Source: Callorhinchus milii
Taxonomy: Eukaryota
Assembly (NCBI RefSeq): GCF_018977255.1
Contig: NW_024704742.1
Coordinates: 98,024,001 to 98,088,000 of the forward strand
DNA length: 64,000 bases
Direction of reading: 5' to 3'
Below, one piece after another: positions 27,204 to 38,350 of the stretch. Each line of letters starts with the position of its first letter. The first letter of the stretch is position 1. The translations under genes and the position numbers were made by a program. The notes beneath the pieces are model-generated. The model had not been told where the DNA came from and searched no databases. It saw only the letters and a list, made by a program, of their open reading frames with translations.

Positions 27204-28038
27204 CAACAACAGAAAATAGGTTATGAAAATCATACGGTCCTTTTACTCAATGGAGTATCTCCATTTCTGTAAATCAGTTTACTAAACAAATATAGTAATA
27301 GTGGATTACAACAACATTGTATAATATATACACACAAAGTCCTGTTGCCACGTGTTTTTTTTCTACAGTGCACTGACGCAACAACTGAAACGTGACCGAA
27401 TGATGCTAATTGTATTTAGAAGTACTGAGTTGCATTCAGTACAAGTGTTTAACTGTATTTCGTCCATCCAGAGGATGGGTGTGAGTGAGCGAGCGCCATC
27501 GTTTCCGTGGCAGGTTATGATCCGTCGCCATGTCGGGCGCCGCATCTTCTGTAACGCGGGCGGAGTGAGGAGGCAGTTGCTGGGATCAGACATTGTTACC
27601 CGCCACTCATCTGCAAATCAATCAATCAAATAAAAATTAATTGTCAGAAAAAAAGACAGGTGGTGAGTGAGTGGGGTTGAGAGTGTGTGTGTGTGTGTGT
27701 GGTGTGGGGGGGGGGGGGGGTAACAGGACTTTGTGAACACCCTGTGGGTTCCTATCACTGGGTCTGGAGGTGTCCAACCCCCCAGTCACGGGGTGTGCAG
27801 AGCCGGTGTGGAGCGGGGGAGTCCTCCCCGCCTCTGGGGGGCGACATGGCATTGCCGTCACCTGTAAACCCTGGAGGACTCGCACCTCTCCGCCGAGGAG
27901 AAAGTTTGTGGCGGCTGAGAGCAAAGATTTGAACAGAGAAGAAACTGCAGCGGCAGCAACAGGGAGACAGTGAGGAGACGGTCACACACACACACACACG
28001 CGCGGGGTCAGGGACACGGGGGCTTTGCAAACAGACGG

Positions 28039-28491
28039 ATGCCGAAGAGGAAGGCGGGGGGTGTTTTGTGGGACCATCAGCCTTGGAAACGGTTTATTCC
28101 GACCTTTGTGGAGAAGAGCAACAGAGACATCGCCAGAGCCGCGGGGAGACCTCAGCCCAGACCCCCAGCCCGGGGCCTGGACACCCCCAACCCGGGGCCT
28201 GGAGACTCCCAGCCCGGGGTCTGGAGACCCCCAACCCGGGGCCTCGACACCCCTAACCCGGGGCCTGGACACCGCCAACCCGCAGCCTGGAGACCCCTAA
28301 CCCGGGGCCTGGACACCCCTAACCCGGGGCCTGGACACCGCCAGCCCGGGGCCTGGACACCCCCAACCCGGGGCCTGGACACCCCTAACCCGGGGCCTGG
28401 ACACCGCCAGCCCGCAGCCTGGAGACCCCCAGCCCGCGGCCTGGACACCCCCCGCTCACAGCCTCGGCCTCAGCCCGCAGCACCCGCCCAG
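28039..28491 (+). CDS. C9orf40: C9orf40-like protein, coding exon 1
   Basis: MPKRKAGGVLWDHQPWKRF resembles the recalled N-terminus MAKRRA...HVPWKR; phase-0 donor CAG|gtcagc; lies between CARNMT1 and TRPM6 as expected from synteny. Confidence 0.8.
28169..28452 (+). repeat. 22-bp GC-rich minisatellite, about 13 units, inside the coding exon
   Basis: Unit CCCGGGGCCTGGACACCCC(C/T)AA with variants; three units encode a 22-aa repeat such as RGLDTPNPGPGHRQPAAWRPLT. Confidence 0.95.
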
Positions 28492-28631
28492 GTCAGCCCC
28501 TCCCTCTCTCACTCCCTCCCTCTCTCCCAGCAGCTAATGGCGGATCGTCGCAGAGCCCCGAGTTAACGGGAAGCTCTCAGTGTATAACCATCTTGTGTTT
28601 CGGTGTCGAGACACGTGATCAGGTACCTCGA

Positions 28632-29453
28632 GAAGAGGAAGGTGGGCTCGGGGTGTACTGAAGAGGAAGGTGGGCTCGGGGTGTACTGAGGAAGGTGGGC
28701 TCGGGGTGTATTGAAGAGGAAGGTGGGCTCGGGGTGTATTGAAGAGGAAGGTGGGCTCGGGGTGTATTGAAGAGGAAGGTGGGCTCGGGGTGTATTGAAG
28801 AGGAAGGTGAGCTCGGGGTTTAATGAAGAGGAAGGTGAGCTCGGGGTTTAATGAAGAGGAAGGTGGGCTCGGGGTGTATTGAAGAGGAAGGTGGGCTCGG
28901 GGTGTATTGAAGAGGAAGGTGGGCTCGGGGTGTATTGAAGAGGAAGGTGGGCTCGGGGTGTACTGAGGAAGGTGGGCTCGGGGTGTATTGAAGAGGAAGG
29001 TGGGCTCGGGGTGTATTGAAGAGGAAGGTGGGCTCGGGGTGTATTGAAGAGGAAGGTGGGCTCGGGGTGTATTGAAGAGGAAGGTGGACTCGGGGTGTAT
29101 TGAAGAGGAAGGTGGGCTCGGGGTGTATTGAAGAGGAAGGTGGGCTCGGGGTGTATTGAAGAGGAAGGTGGGCTCGGGGTGTATTGAAGAGGAAGGTGGG
29201 CTCGGGGTTTAATGAAGAGGAAGGTGGGCTCGGGGTGTATTGAAGAGGAAGGTGGGCTCGGGGTGTATTGAAGAGGAAGGTGGACTCGGGGTGTATTGAA
29301 GAGGAAGGTGGGCTCGGGGTGTATTGAAGAGGAAGGTGGACTCGGGGTGTATTGAAGAGGAAGGTGGACTCGGGGTGTATTGAAGAGGAAGGTGGACTCG
29401 GGGTGTATTGAAGAGGAAGGTGGACTCGGGTTGTATTGAAGAGGAAGGTGGAC
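28632..29453. repeat. 28-bp G-rich minisatellite, about 29-30 units, in the C9orf40 intron
   Basis: Unit GAAGAGGAAGGTGGGCTCGGGGTGTATT, nearly homogeneous and head-to-tail with no spacers. Confidence 0.97.
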
Positions 29454-30033
29454 GTGTATGAGGTGAAGCTACGGTTTCACACGAGACACCAGGACAGGGC
29501 AGAGAGTGAGGAGTGGGAGACATGTGGAGTGTAAGCAGCGGCAGCAGCAGTGGGGACTGTGGGCCCAGTGGCTGCTTTGCTATACACTGCATTCTGTGTC
29601 AATCTTCTGTGTACCTGTGTCTGGTGCTCCCAACCTCTACTCCTGCAGCTGAGCTTTTGCAGTTATTTTTGATTCTTTTTTTCTTTCCCCCCCCCCCAAA
29701 AAAAAAATCTGCTTGTGTCTTTGCTTTTTTGCGGTTATTTTCCACCTGTTGCTTTTGCAAATGCAACATTTAAGATGGTTGGGGGTCGGTTGTTATGGGG
29801 GAAGAGATCAGCAAAACACACAAAGAAGTAATGGCCTTCCTAAATTATTGGATCCAAACCTTCTTTGGCAATTATAACAGTGTTTTCATGTGTGAATCTA
29901 CCATATATCTGAGCTACTGTATTGTAATAACTGACATTTACTGTTGTATACTTTGGCTTCTATGCTTATAGTTGAAGAATAACAGGCGTTTTTTTTTCTT
30001 AATTTTTTTCCTTGAATTTTTTTCCCTCTCCAG

Positions 30034-30210
30034 AATGTAGAGTTGAATGATGTGCCGTCCGCATTCAACTCCTTCCAGTTTTGGAGAGTTCCTTTACCTA
30101 CTATCAACTTGGACGAGATTGAGAATCCCACCTTGGAGAATGCAGCCGAAGAAATGAACTGTGAAGAGACAGAGGAGGCAGCACATGTGGAAATGGATGT
30201 GCAGAACTAA
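30034..30210 (+). CDS. C9orf40: C9orf40-like protein, coding exon 2 with stop
   Basis: tttccctctccag|AAT GTA...AAC TAA; FNSFQFWRVPLPTINLDEIE...HVEMDVQN* matches the recalled C-terminal motif YNTFQYWRNPLPPIDLADIE...EVDMES. Confidence 0.9.
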   Translation, partial: NVELNDVPSAFNSFQFWRVPLPTINLDEIENPTLENAAEEMNCEETEEAAHVEMDVQN

Positions 30211-33200
30211 GATTTGCATTTTTTTTAAAAATTAAGTAAGGCAACATTTAAAAAAAAATCCTCCCAAAGGGAAATGGGAAAGTGTCTGCAGACATCTTGG
30301 TAATTTCCAAATACGCTCATTCTGCTGTGAAATCTGCATTTCCGAGTTCCCATGGAGAAGGCCTAACAGGTCACATGTCTCATTCCTTTCAGAGAAGCAT
30401 AAAAGGTCAACAGACTTTCAAAGTAACCCTTTCCCGGTCTGTATAGGCTGATAGCAGTGCTTGGCTGTGTAAATTAATATGTTGTCATTGCTATAGAAGT
30501 AGTAATCAGTTGGAAAAAAATACACACACTTCCAAATAGTACATGTGCTGAATTCAAGTGAAATCATCATAGCACAAATTAACACAACAATGATACACTG
30601 GCTTTAAGGGCTGTGAAGGATAGTGGTGGGGGTTGCTGACTGGTATGTGAAATACTTAAGTGTGTTCTATCCTTTATTCTAATTTAAAATTGTTTATTTC
30701 TTGTTTTCTTTCCATTTGATTTTTTTTATTTTCATTCATCTCTTTCACGTTTGTCTAATCCTTAAAAATGTAATGTATGCCTAGTTTGCTTTATTTCCTA
30801 GCGTGTTTCAATTAAAATTTTATCTCTCATACACTCACAATACCATTAACTATTTCCTGCCACCACTGCAGGTTGAAGGAAAGTCAGTTTTGTATTAATG
30901 GAGGCAGTGCTTGCCCATAGTGCTCTCCAAAATTGAAATGTCTGTGACATCTGCAATGATTATACAATAGTTTTACTTTTTTTACTGAGTAAGTGCTGCT
31001 TCTATCAGCATGAAACTGACTTCTCTTAATCTGTCAGTTGGTAACAGAGTAGATAATTATCTCTCTGTTTTCCTCTGTTCATCTTTATGAAGCAACATCT
31101 GATATTACAATACATTTTACAATTACATTTGTATAGCACCTTTCACGTCAGGAGGACATCCCAGGCGCTGGACAGTCAGGAATTTGGACCTCCATATAGT
31201 CAATTAGATGTCAGCCTGGCTTAGTTGGTAGCACTCTGACTGAAACAGTTCAAGCTACCTAGAATCATAGAATTATACAGCACCAAAGGAGACCATTTGG
31301 CCCATCGTTTCTATACCTGTTCGGACTTTGAATTCAGTCTTGGCTGACACTTTGATACAATGCTTAGCCTTGAATGTCAGAAAGAAGATATGTTGGGATG
31401 TAGGTCTCGCATGTCTGTGTTTATATCATGAAAAGTCAATACTGTGTGAACAGTTTATTTTTAATTTCTTATTCCACTAATGTGCCTCGGTATTAAAATA
31501 AAACCTGTGCACTGGAAGAGTCTTCTGCACAACTTCCAGGCACCAGTTGCTAAATTTTACTTTCCATTTTATAAAAGCAAATTGTAGAAAAAGCTGAAAT
31601 ATTTTATATAAGAAAGGTTTATGATTTGGATCATTTGTGGATTCTATACGGACAAAGGTTAGATTTTTCCCGATGGTTGTTTCCAGAAGCAGTGTAGCCA
31701 CCGGCTCTTCTGATCTTAAACTTACAGTACTATAGTGAGATAAAACTGATTGCTGCCAGGAGTTTTGTTCCCTCTCAACTCGCTTTCCCTCCCCTCACCC
31801 CAGATATTGGCATGGGTAAAAAATGTACCCGTACTGCCAAAAGTACAGGGAAGGGAAGTTGTGGTAATAGTAGCTCTCCAAATAGTACAATAGGGGAAAG
31901 AATAGTTACTAGCAGTTGTTACCCTGTGTGATCAACAGATCACTTACTTGGTCTTTTTGCCCTCATCAAAACTGCAATTCAAGTTAGCATATGAATTGCA
32001 TGTTCAGAAATGTTTGATGTGCTAATCAAGGTACCTCACCCTGGGAACAGTTGGAAAAGTGGCTACTGCAGCCTGCATCACTGCCTTAAGAGAAACAGAT
32101 CGTAAAGTTGAGCTGTGACTGATTTATTGTTGCTGCTTGTAGTAGATTGGTAGACATCTTTAGTTGAGGCAAAAATAATGTAAGTGTAAAAAGGTGCCTT
32201 TTTCGGGACTTGGGGCAAGGAAATGTTTCCTGGACAGGAATATTTAGCTTTTAATTATTTTACAGATAAATGTTGGGTGTTTCTTCAGAAGAATGAATGA
32301 ACAGCTAGGGAAATGTGCTGACTCCTAAGTCTTTTTTGTATATATTTGATATTGCCCTTTTTCTGAGCAGTGTTGCTGTTCAGGAAAAAAATAAACTTCA
32401 TTGAAAAAAAACTGAATTTGTGAACAAAGTGATGTAGACAAAGTGTTCAATAAATTGTTTTATATAATTTTAAGAATTCTGTGAACAATAATATTTATTA
32501 TTTTTTAGGATTATTTTCAGTGTAATCCACTAAATCTTTAGATACCATCCTGTGTATTAATCTTTAAAAGACAGTCATTGATTGCAATATATTTATTGGG
32601 GTCAAAATTCCTAAAGCATTCATTTTCCTTATATAAGTAACAAGGTTAAAATATGTTTTGAAATACCCCATCTTCCTCAGTTCTGAATAATGGCAAACTG
32701 AGTTAAGACAGTTTCCTTTGAATAATCCCAGACGGAAGTCTTCAGTCTTATTAACGTTCAATCCACTTATTTGTCAACAAAATGACTCGTGCCACCAATT
32801 TTGGTTTAAATGCTGGTTTTATTTTATCTCCTGTTCTGACACATTATATGGTGCACATGCATTATAGCATCAATGTAGTACAGTTCTGTACATTTATTCT
32901 GTTGCAGGCGCTCCAGGAGGCACTGGGTACATAAAACCTGGCACAATATCTGTAAAGGTGTAAAATTATGGCGCCTTGAAAAACTTTTAGGCAAATCAAA
33001 CACCTAAATCCAAAGACTGATTTAAGTCACCTTGCTGACGTCAGGAACACCAGCTCTTGCACTTTTTTTTAATCCAATTGCTCCTCCTTTAGGTTTAATT
33101 CAAAGACATCTTTTCTTCGGGCTCGCTCTAAACTGATTATTTTCTCTTTCAGGCTTCCCTATGTTACAAAACTGATGCATAGGCCAAATTGAAAGTTTAA

Positions 33201-33639
33201 TGTTTTCTTCTAAGTGGCTGAAGAAAATATATGTTTTGTGATTAGTTAATACAGTTAAACATTGAGTCTTTATTTTTGAATTTGATAGAGAACATCCAAA
33301 TGTAGTGATGAAAATGGAAGCAAACTCCTGAAACTACCCATCTTTTACAATATCTTTTATATTTTACTGTCCAACATTTTTCTAGCTGTACATACAAGAA
33401 CAATTATATATATATATATTAGGAATTTCTTAGAACCAAGTTGATGTCATTTAGCTGTGGACTTTCAAAAGATAGACACGCTCAATATGGGTTGAACTTA
33501 TTAATAACATATACAATGTAGTACTGAAAAACTATGATATCTTGGAACATATTCTTTATTTTACGGTATTGTGTGCGTCTATAATTTACCCTGTTGGTCT
33601 TGTGGAAGGATGGCATTTTTTTGCCAGCAGGTATCCATA

Positions 33640-34170
33640 CCAGACTGAGATTTAAACATAGTATATACACATATATATATGCCGCCTTTGCATGGAAATA
33701 TCCTTGTGTCTGAAAAGGAAAGTGCACATTCTCTTCCAGGAGAGATGCACCCTGCTTACCCAATTACCAAAAGTATTAGGCTAATGGTGGCAAGAACCAA
33801 GGCTTACGTATGCTAGAGTTTCTATCAGTGTACCGCTGGAATTCAACCAGCTAAAAGCATAGATTCCCATCGAGAACATGACCTGGTAAGTTTCCTGGTA
33901 CTTGTCCAGCTAGCACCACCCTACCTGTTAGGAGTTTTGACTTGCAATGTTAACAAGAGACAAGTGGGAAGAATCCATGTCCCCACTTAAAGGTCTACCC
34001 CTCCAAATCCTGTGGATGACCCATGCTGGCTGTGGTCTGTCATCAGCAGTGCCCCGGAGTACTCCAGATCCACCTAGTTCAAGAATAGGTCTATAGAGAC
34101 CAGTGCAGAGGCTTGTCTCGATTCTGACATTCTGGTGCCAAAAGTATTGCCTTGGAGCCAGGAAGGAGGC
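33640..34170 (-). mobile_element. Unclassified dispersed repeat, inverted copy of the 11790 family
   Basis: Reverse complement of motifs such as GCTGGACAAG, TTTTAGCTGGTT, GGTTCTTGCCA, GTAAGCAGG and GAATCGAGA seen at 11790-12230. Confidence 0.7.
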
Positions 34171-35209
34171 TTACTTTCTCTGAACAATTTATAGTTACTA
34201 GTTCTGTAAAATCTGGCAGGTTTGAGCCTTTACTAGTTGGATAGCAAGTCCTGGTTATACTGTGAGCCTCTTGGTGACCAGCACAACTCAGCATGATATG
34301 TGGGCAGCTGGAATATCCTGTACTATTACCAGGATGATGTGAGGACATTCCACCCAGAACAACTTCACTCTCATAAAATATGCATTAAATTGCTCTCAAT
34401 CCTCCTTTATACCTCTAATTTCATAGATGGCAAATTCCTTATGCTGTTAAGTATAACTCAATTGACAATGGATTTATACAAGGAAAATCCCATGACATGC
34501 TCACTTCAACAAAGTTGCTACGTTTAACAGTGAGAGCAATATCTCACAAGATGTCATTAGTGTAATTCTTCATAAAGCACTCCAAAGCTAACATTGATGC
34601 AATACCTATATCTAATTAATCTGTCACAGAATCGTATACAACTTCTCTGATAGAGACGGATATTTCATCTCTATGTTAGTGAACAAAAATATTTTTAATC
34701 CATTGTTTAGCTTTGTGAATGTGTTAATAATAATCATTGCTATTGACATAGAGTCTTATCAATGTAAAATGGATTGTGGGCGAAATGCGGCAGCCAGGTT
34801 TGTGCACAGCAATGTCCCACAAACAGCTATGGAGTGAGTAATCAATTTTATTTGGGGATTATTGGCCAGGACACTGGGAGAAACTCCCTTCTCTTTTCGA
34901 ATCCTGCTATGGGTTGCAACCCCCGCATGAAGAGTGCTATATAAATGCAAGTTGTTGTTGTACATCTTAGATCTTACAAACTAATTTTAGGTGGAATTAT
35001 GGGTCCATGATTACTTACCTTTGGAACAATATTCAGCTAAGGAAATACAGAATTCCTGCCAACCTTAATTTCAGACTCAGTTTACAAAGGAAGCATCATT
35101 AATTGACAAACCACTATTTTTTCTGGATTAAAATGGGATGGGGTGCAGTGTTAACCCAATGTTTAGCAATCAATACCATTTGATTCATCCAGAACGTGCA
35201 GATCTCTAT

Positions 35210-35975
35210 CGAATTAAGCACTCTTGAGACCCCATCTGGCATCAACATCTTCACTTCTGTGGATCTAAAGTCCTCAACCTCCCTGGGCTCTCCCTCAGTC
35301 ACACCGAACCAGCGTGCAATCTAGGCGTCCGGTTCGACCCCCAGTTGTCCTTTGTCCCCCACATCTGGTCCCTGACCAGGTCCGCCTTCCTCCACCTCCG
35401 CCACATTGCCGGCCTCCAATCATACCTTACTCCAATTGCAGCCGAAACCCTTGTGCATGAGTTTGTCACCTCTCGCCTGGATTACTCAAACGCACTCCTC
35501 ACTGGTCCTCTCAGCTTCACTATTCAAAAAATCCAGCTTATTCGGAACTCTGCTGCTCACATACTTACCCGGACCAAACTCTGCACCCACATCTCACCAG
35601 TTGTGGTCAGTCTCCACTGGCTCCCCATTACTGAACGGATTGACTTCAAGATCCTCACACTCATGTTCAAATCCCTTCACTCCCTGGCACCTCCCTACCT
35701 CTCCGACTTCCTGCTTGTCCCTTGCACCCTCCGCTCTACCATTGGAGGTTGTGCTTTCAGCCACTACACCCCAAAACTTTGGAACACTCTCCCTCAATCC
35801 CTCTGCCTCACCCCCTTCCCTTTTTTAAGTCCAACCTTAAGACCTTCCTTTCGACTGTGCTTATGGTTACGTACTCTCCAGCGCCCCCACCCCCCGGAGT
35901 CAGGCTCCGCCATTGTTAAGCATTCAGAGACGCTGCCCTACGTGGAGGAAGCTATACAAGTGCAAGTTATTATTT
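35210..35975 (+). mobile_element. L2 LINE 3' fragment
   Basis: SFVPHIWSLTRSAFLHLRHIAGL...ETLVHEFVTSRLDYSNALL...LHWLPITERIDFKIL...KLWNTLP. Confidence 0.92.
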
Positions 35976-37019
35976 AAATACTTTGGATTATCGTATTCTA
36001 CATCTAAAGACACCTTTATTGGAGAACACGCCTCTTCTTCCCTTCCCCAAGTTAAAGCAGGCATGAATTTACAGCAATAAAAGTATTAGGAAAAGCAACT
36101 ATTGGATATGATCTGAAAAGTTAGCTTTTAAATATCCTGCATTGGTGAAATCTTTGCCGACCTGTATTATGAAACAAGGCTATTGGGAAAAGCACCATAT
36201 CTTGTTCTCTCAATAACTGATCCTCTCTGTCACTGCGTGTAGATCCAGTTCCCACCTGAAGTTAGGCAAATGAGGCAAGTTTCGATAATTTTTGGATCCA
36301 AGCCAGAAAGTATAAGTGATAGAACAACACCCTTGTGGTCCAAAGATCAGCGTTGGGCAAACAGGTAGTAAGTAGGCAGGTGGCAGTGTCCTGGGTAATG
36401 TCAGACTGTCTGGTGACACTGGGGAAATCCTGTTAATTACTTAATGTCCTGCAGAGAAACCAGGTTTCATTCTTGCTGTAGATCCATCAGACCACTTCTC
36501 TTCTCCCCAACTTCAAGCAAAAGAAGTCAGATTCAATGAAGGTGCTGTTAAAGGTAACAACTCTCATGGCCATCAGATGCTGTGTTCCTCAAATCTTCTT
36601 ATTCTTGTAACTCTGCTGCAGTGTCAGATCGGGACATTGCTCACTTTACACTACACTCTTTACACAGTCAACATTCTGACTTCCAGCTGCTAGAGATATA
36701 TGTCTGATGTTTGTAATTCCAGGGATGCAGTTTAATGCTTAATCTATGAATCTTGCTTCCCTTCAATTGATTCCAAAGTTCATCCCTGTCCCCGGGAGAA
36801 GGCTTTCCCAGGACCCTTCTCTACCGTGCAGAGTGTGCAAATGAACTCGACCACAGGTACATCACCAATGAAGACATAAGCAAGGTGATCGGGGGCTTAA
36901 TGTGGCCAAACCTTGGTGCAGTTGATAGTTTTGAAAAGATTAAGGGGGGAAATAAACTATGGGAAAGAAATTCCACCTGGATCTAGATTGATCCTGTTAC
37001 CTTGATATTGTGTGTACAG

Positions 37020-37425
37020 TGTATCAGCCTGGTGCAGTGGTAACACTCTTGCCTCTGAGTCAGAAGTTTGTGGGTTCAAGCCCCTGATCTGGATTTGTCT
37101 AAGATGATTTCAATGCAGCATTGGGGGGGTGTGGCATTGGATAGGACTGTAAACCGAGATCCAGTCAGATTCAGATGGACTTTAAAGATTCTGTGGCACT
37201 ATTCAAAAAGAAAAGGAAATTTCTCCCTGTGAGAAATGCCAACAAATCCTTCCAAATGCAATTGATCTCTCATTTAATGGCTATTTGTGGGACACTGCTG
37301 TGCAAACTCGCTGTCGCATATCGCCCGCAAAATACAGTCAATCCTGTGAAGGATTTACATTAAGTCCTGTGAAGTGTTTTGAGATGTGGTAAGGCGTTAT
37401 ATCAATTGCAAGGATTATTATTATT
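37020..37425 (+). mobile_element. Older tRNA-headed Deu-type SINE
   Basis: GCAGTGGTAACACTCTTGCCTCTGAGTCAGAAGTTTGTGGGTTCAAG head, core TTTGTGGGACACTGCTGTGCAAA, (TTA)n tail. Confidence 0.75.
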
Positions 37426-38084
37426 TCACAGAGCGTCCAGAATTCGTCAAAGCTTCATATTGAGTCTCAGTTTTGAAGTTGGTTTTCTTTGGATCTCATT
37501 AAGAACTACTGGAAACCGACTTCAGAATTAAGAATGAATTGGAGAAATTGATGAATTCTGCCTGTGTTGAAATACTAAGAAAATAGTGTAAATCCCTCAC
37601 CCAGGTGAAATTTCTGCCCCTATATGTTAATTTGAAAGTAGCTCTATAAAGAGGCAATGTGGCTTTACTTGCACACCTGAGCCCGTCAACATTTAGAAGA
37701 AGTTATTCCTGAATGGCAACCATTATGCCCCTCCCTCTTAATGTGTCTCCCCAAACCCTCTACCTTCAAAACTGTGTTAAAACATGTCTCTTTAACCATG
37801 GATTTTGTTAGTACTCTTAAAATTGTTCCTCCTCTTCTCCCTGCAACCTTACTGTTTCTGTGAATCGTTTCAATGTGTAAATCCTACTTAAATTTGCTCT
37901 TTAATAATAATAATCATCCTTACATATGATAAAGTGGCTTTCACATCAGGATGACATCTCAATGTGCTTCAGATGATATATTGTAAAGTGACTGTATTTT
38001 ATAGGTGAATGCAGCAACCGGTTTTACACACAGCAATGTCCCAGAAACAGTCAAAAGGGAATGATCAATTATTTGGGGATTGTT

Positions 38085-38350
38085 ACAATTACAAATTTAT
38101 ATTTGTATAGCGCCTTTCCCATCGGGAGGGCATCCCAAGGCATTGGACACTCAGGGATTTGGACCCGAGCTGGGGTTCGGGATCGGGGAGAGTGGAGGGC
38201 AGTGAGGGTGACTGAAGGCATGGTTGAAGAGGAGGGTCTTGAGATGGGTCTTGAAGGAGGCAAGGTAGGGGATGAGGCAGAGGGACTGTGGGATGGAGTT
38301 CCAGAGTTGGGGATGGGGTCAGAGAGGCTGAAGGCCCGCCCGCTACTGGT
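38085..38350 (-). mobile_element. L2 3' fragment nested in a minus-strand SINE
   Basis: L2 tail and body, flanked by SINE sequence at ~37905-38080 and ~38365-38580. Confidence 0.7.

Larger units (their letters stand above)
27480..28620 (+). promoter_or_regulatory. CpG-rich island / probable C9orf40 promoter and first exon
   Basis: Sharp rise in GC and CpG against an AT-rich background; GC box GGGCGG at ~27558; (GT)n and a 15-G run at ~27683-27720. Confidence 0.7.

Noticed and set aside
27970..28566. Single-exon 198-aa ORF as given in the track
   Set aside because: It starts at GTG and runs past the splice donor; the ATG at 28039 spliced to 30034 fits the homology better
28632..29453. CRISPR array
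   Set aside because: Contiguous tandem units with no unique spacers, no cas genes and a vertebrate context
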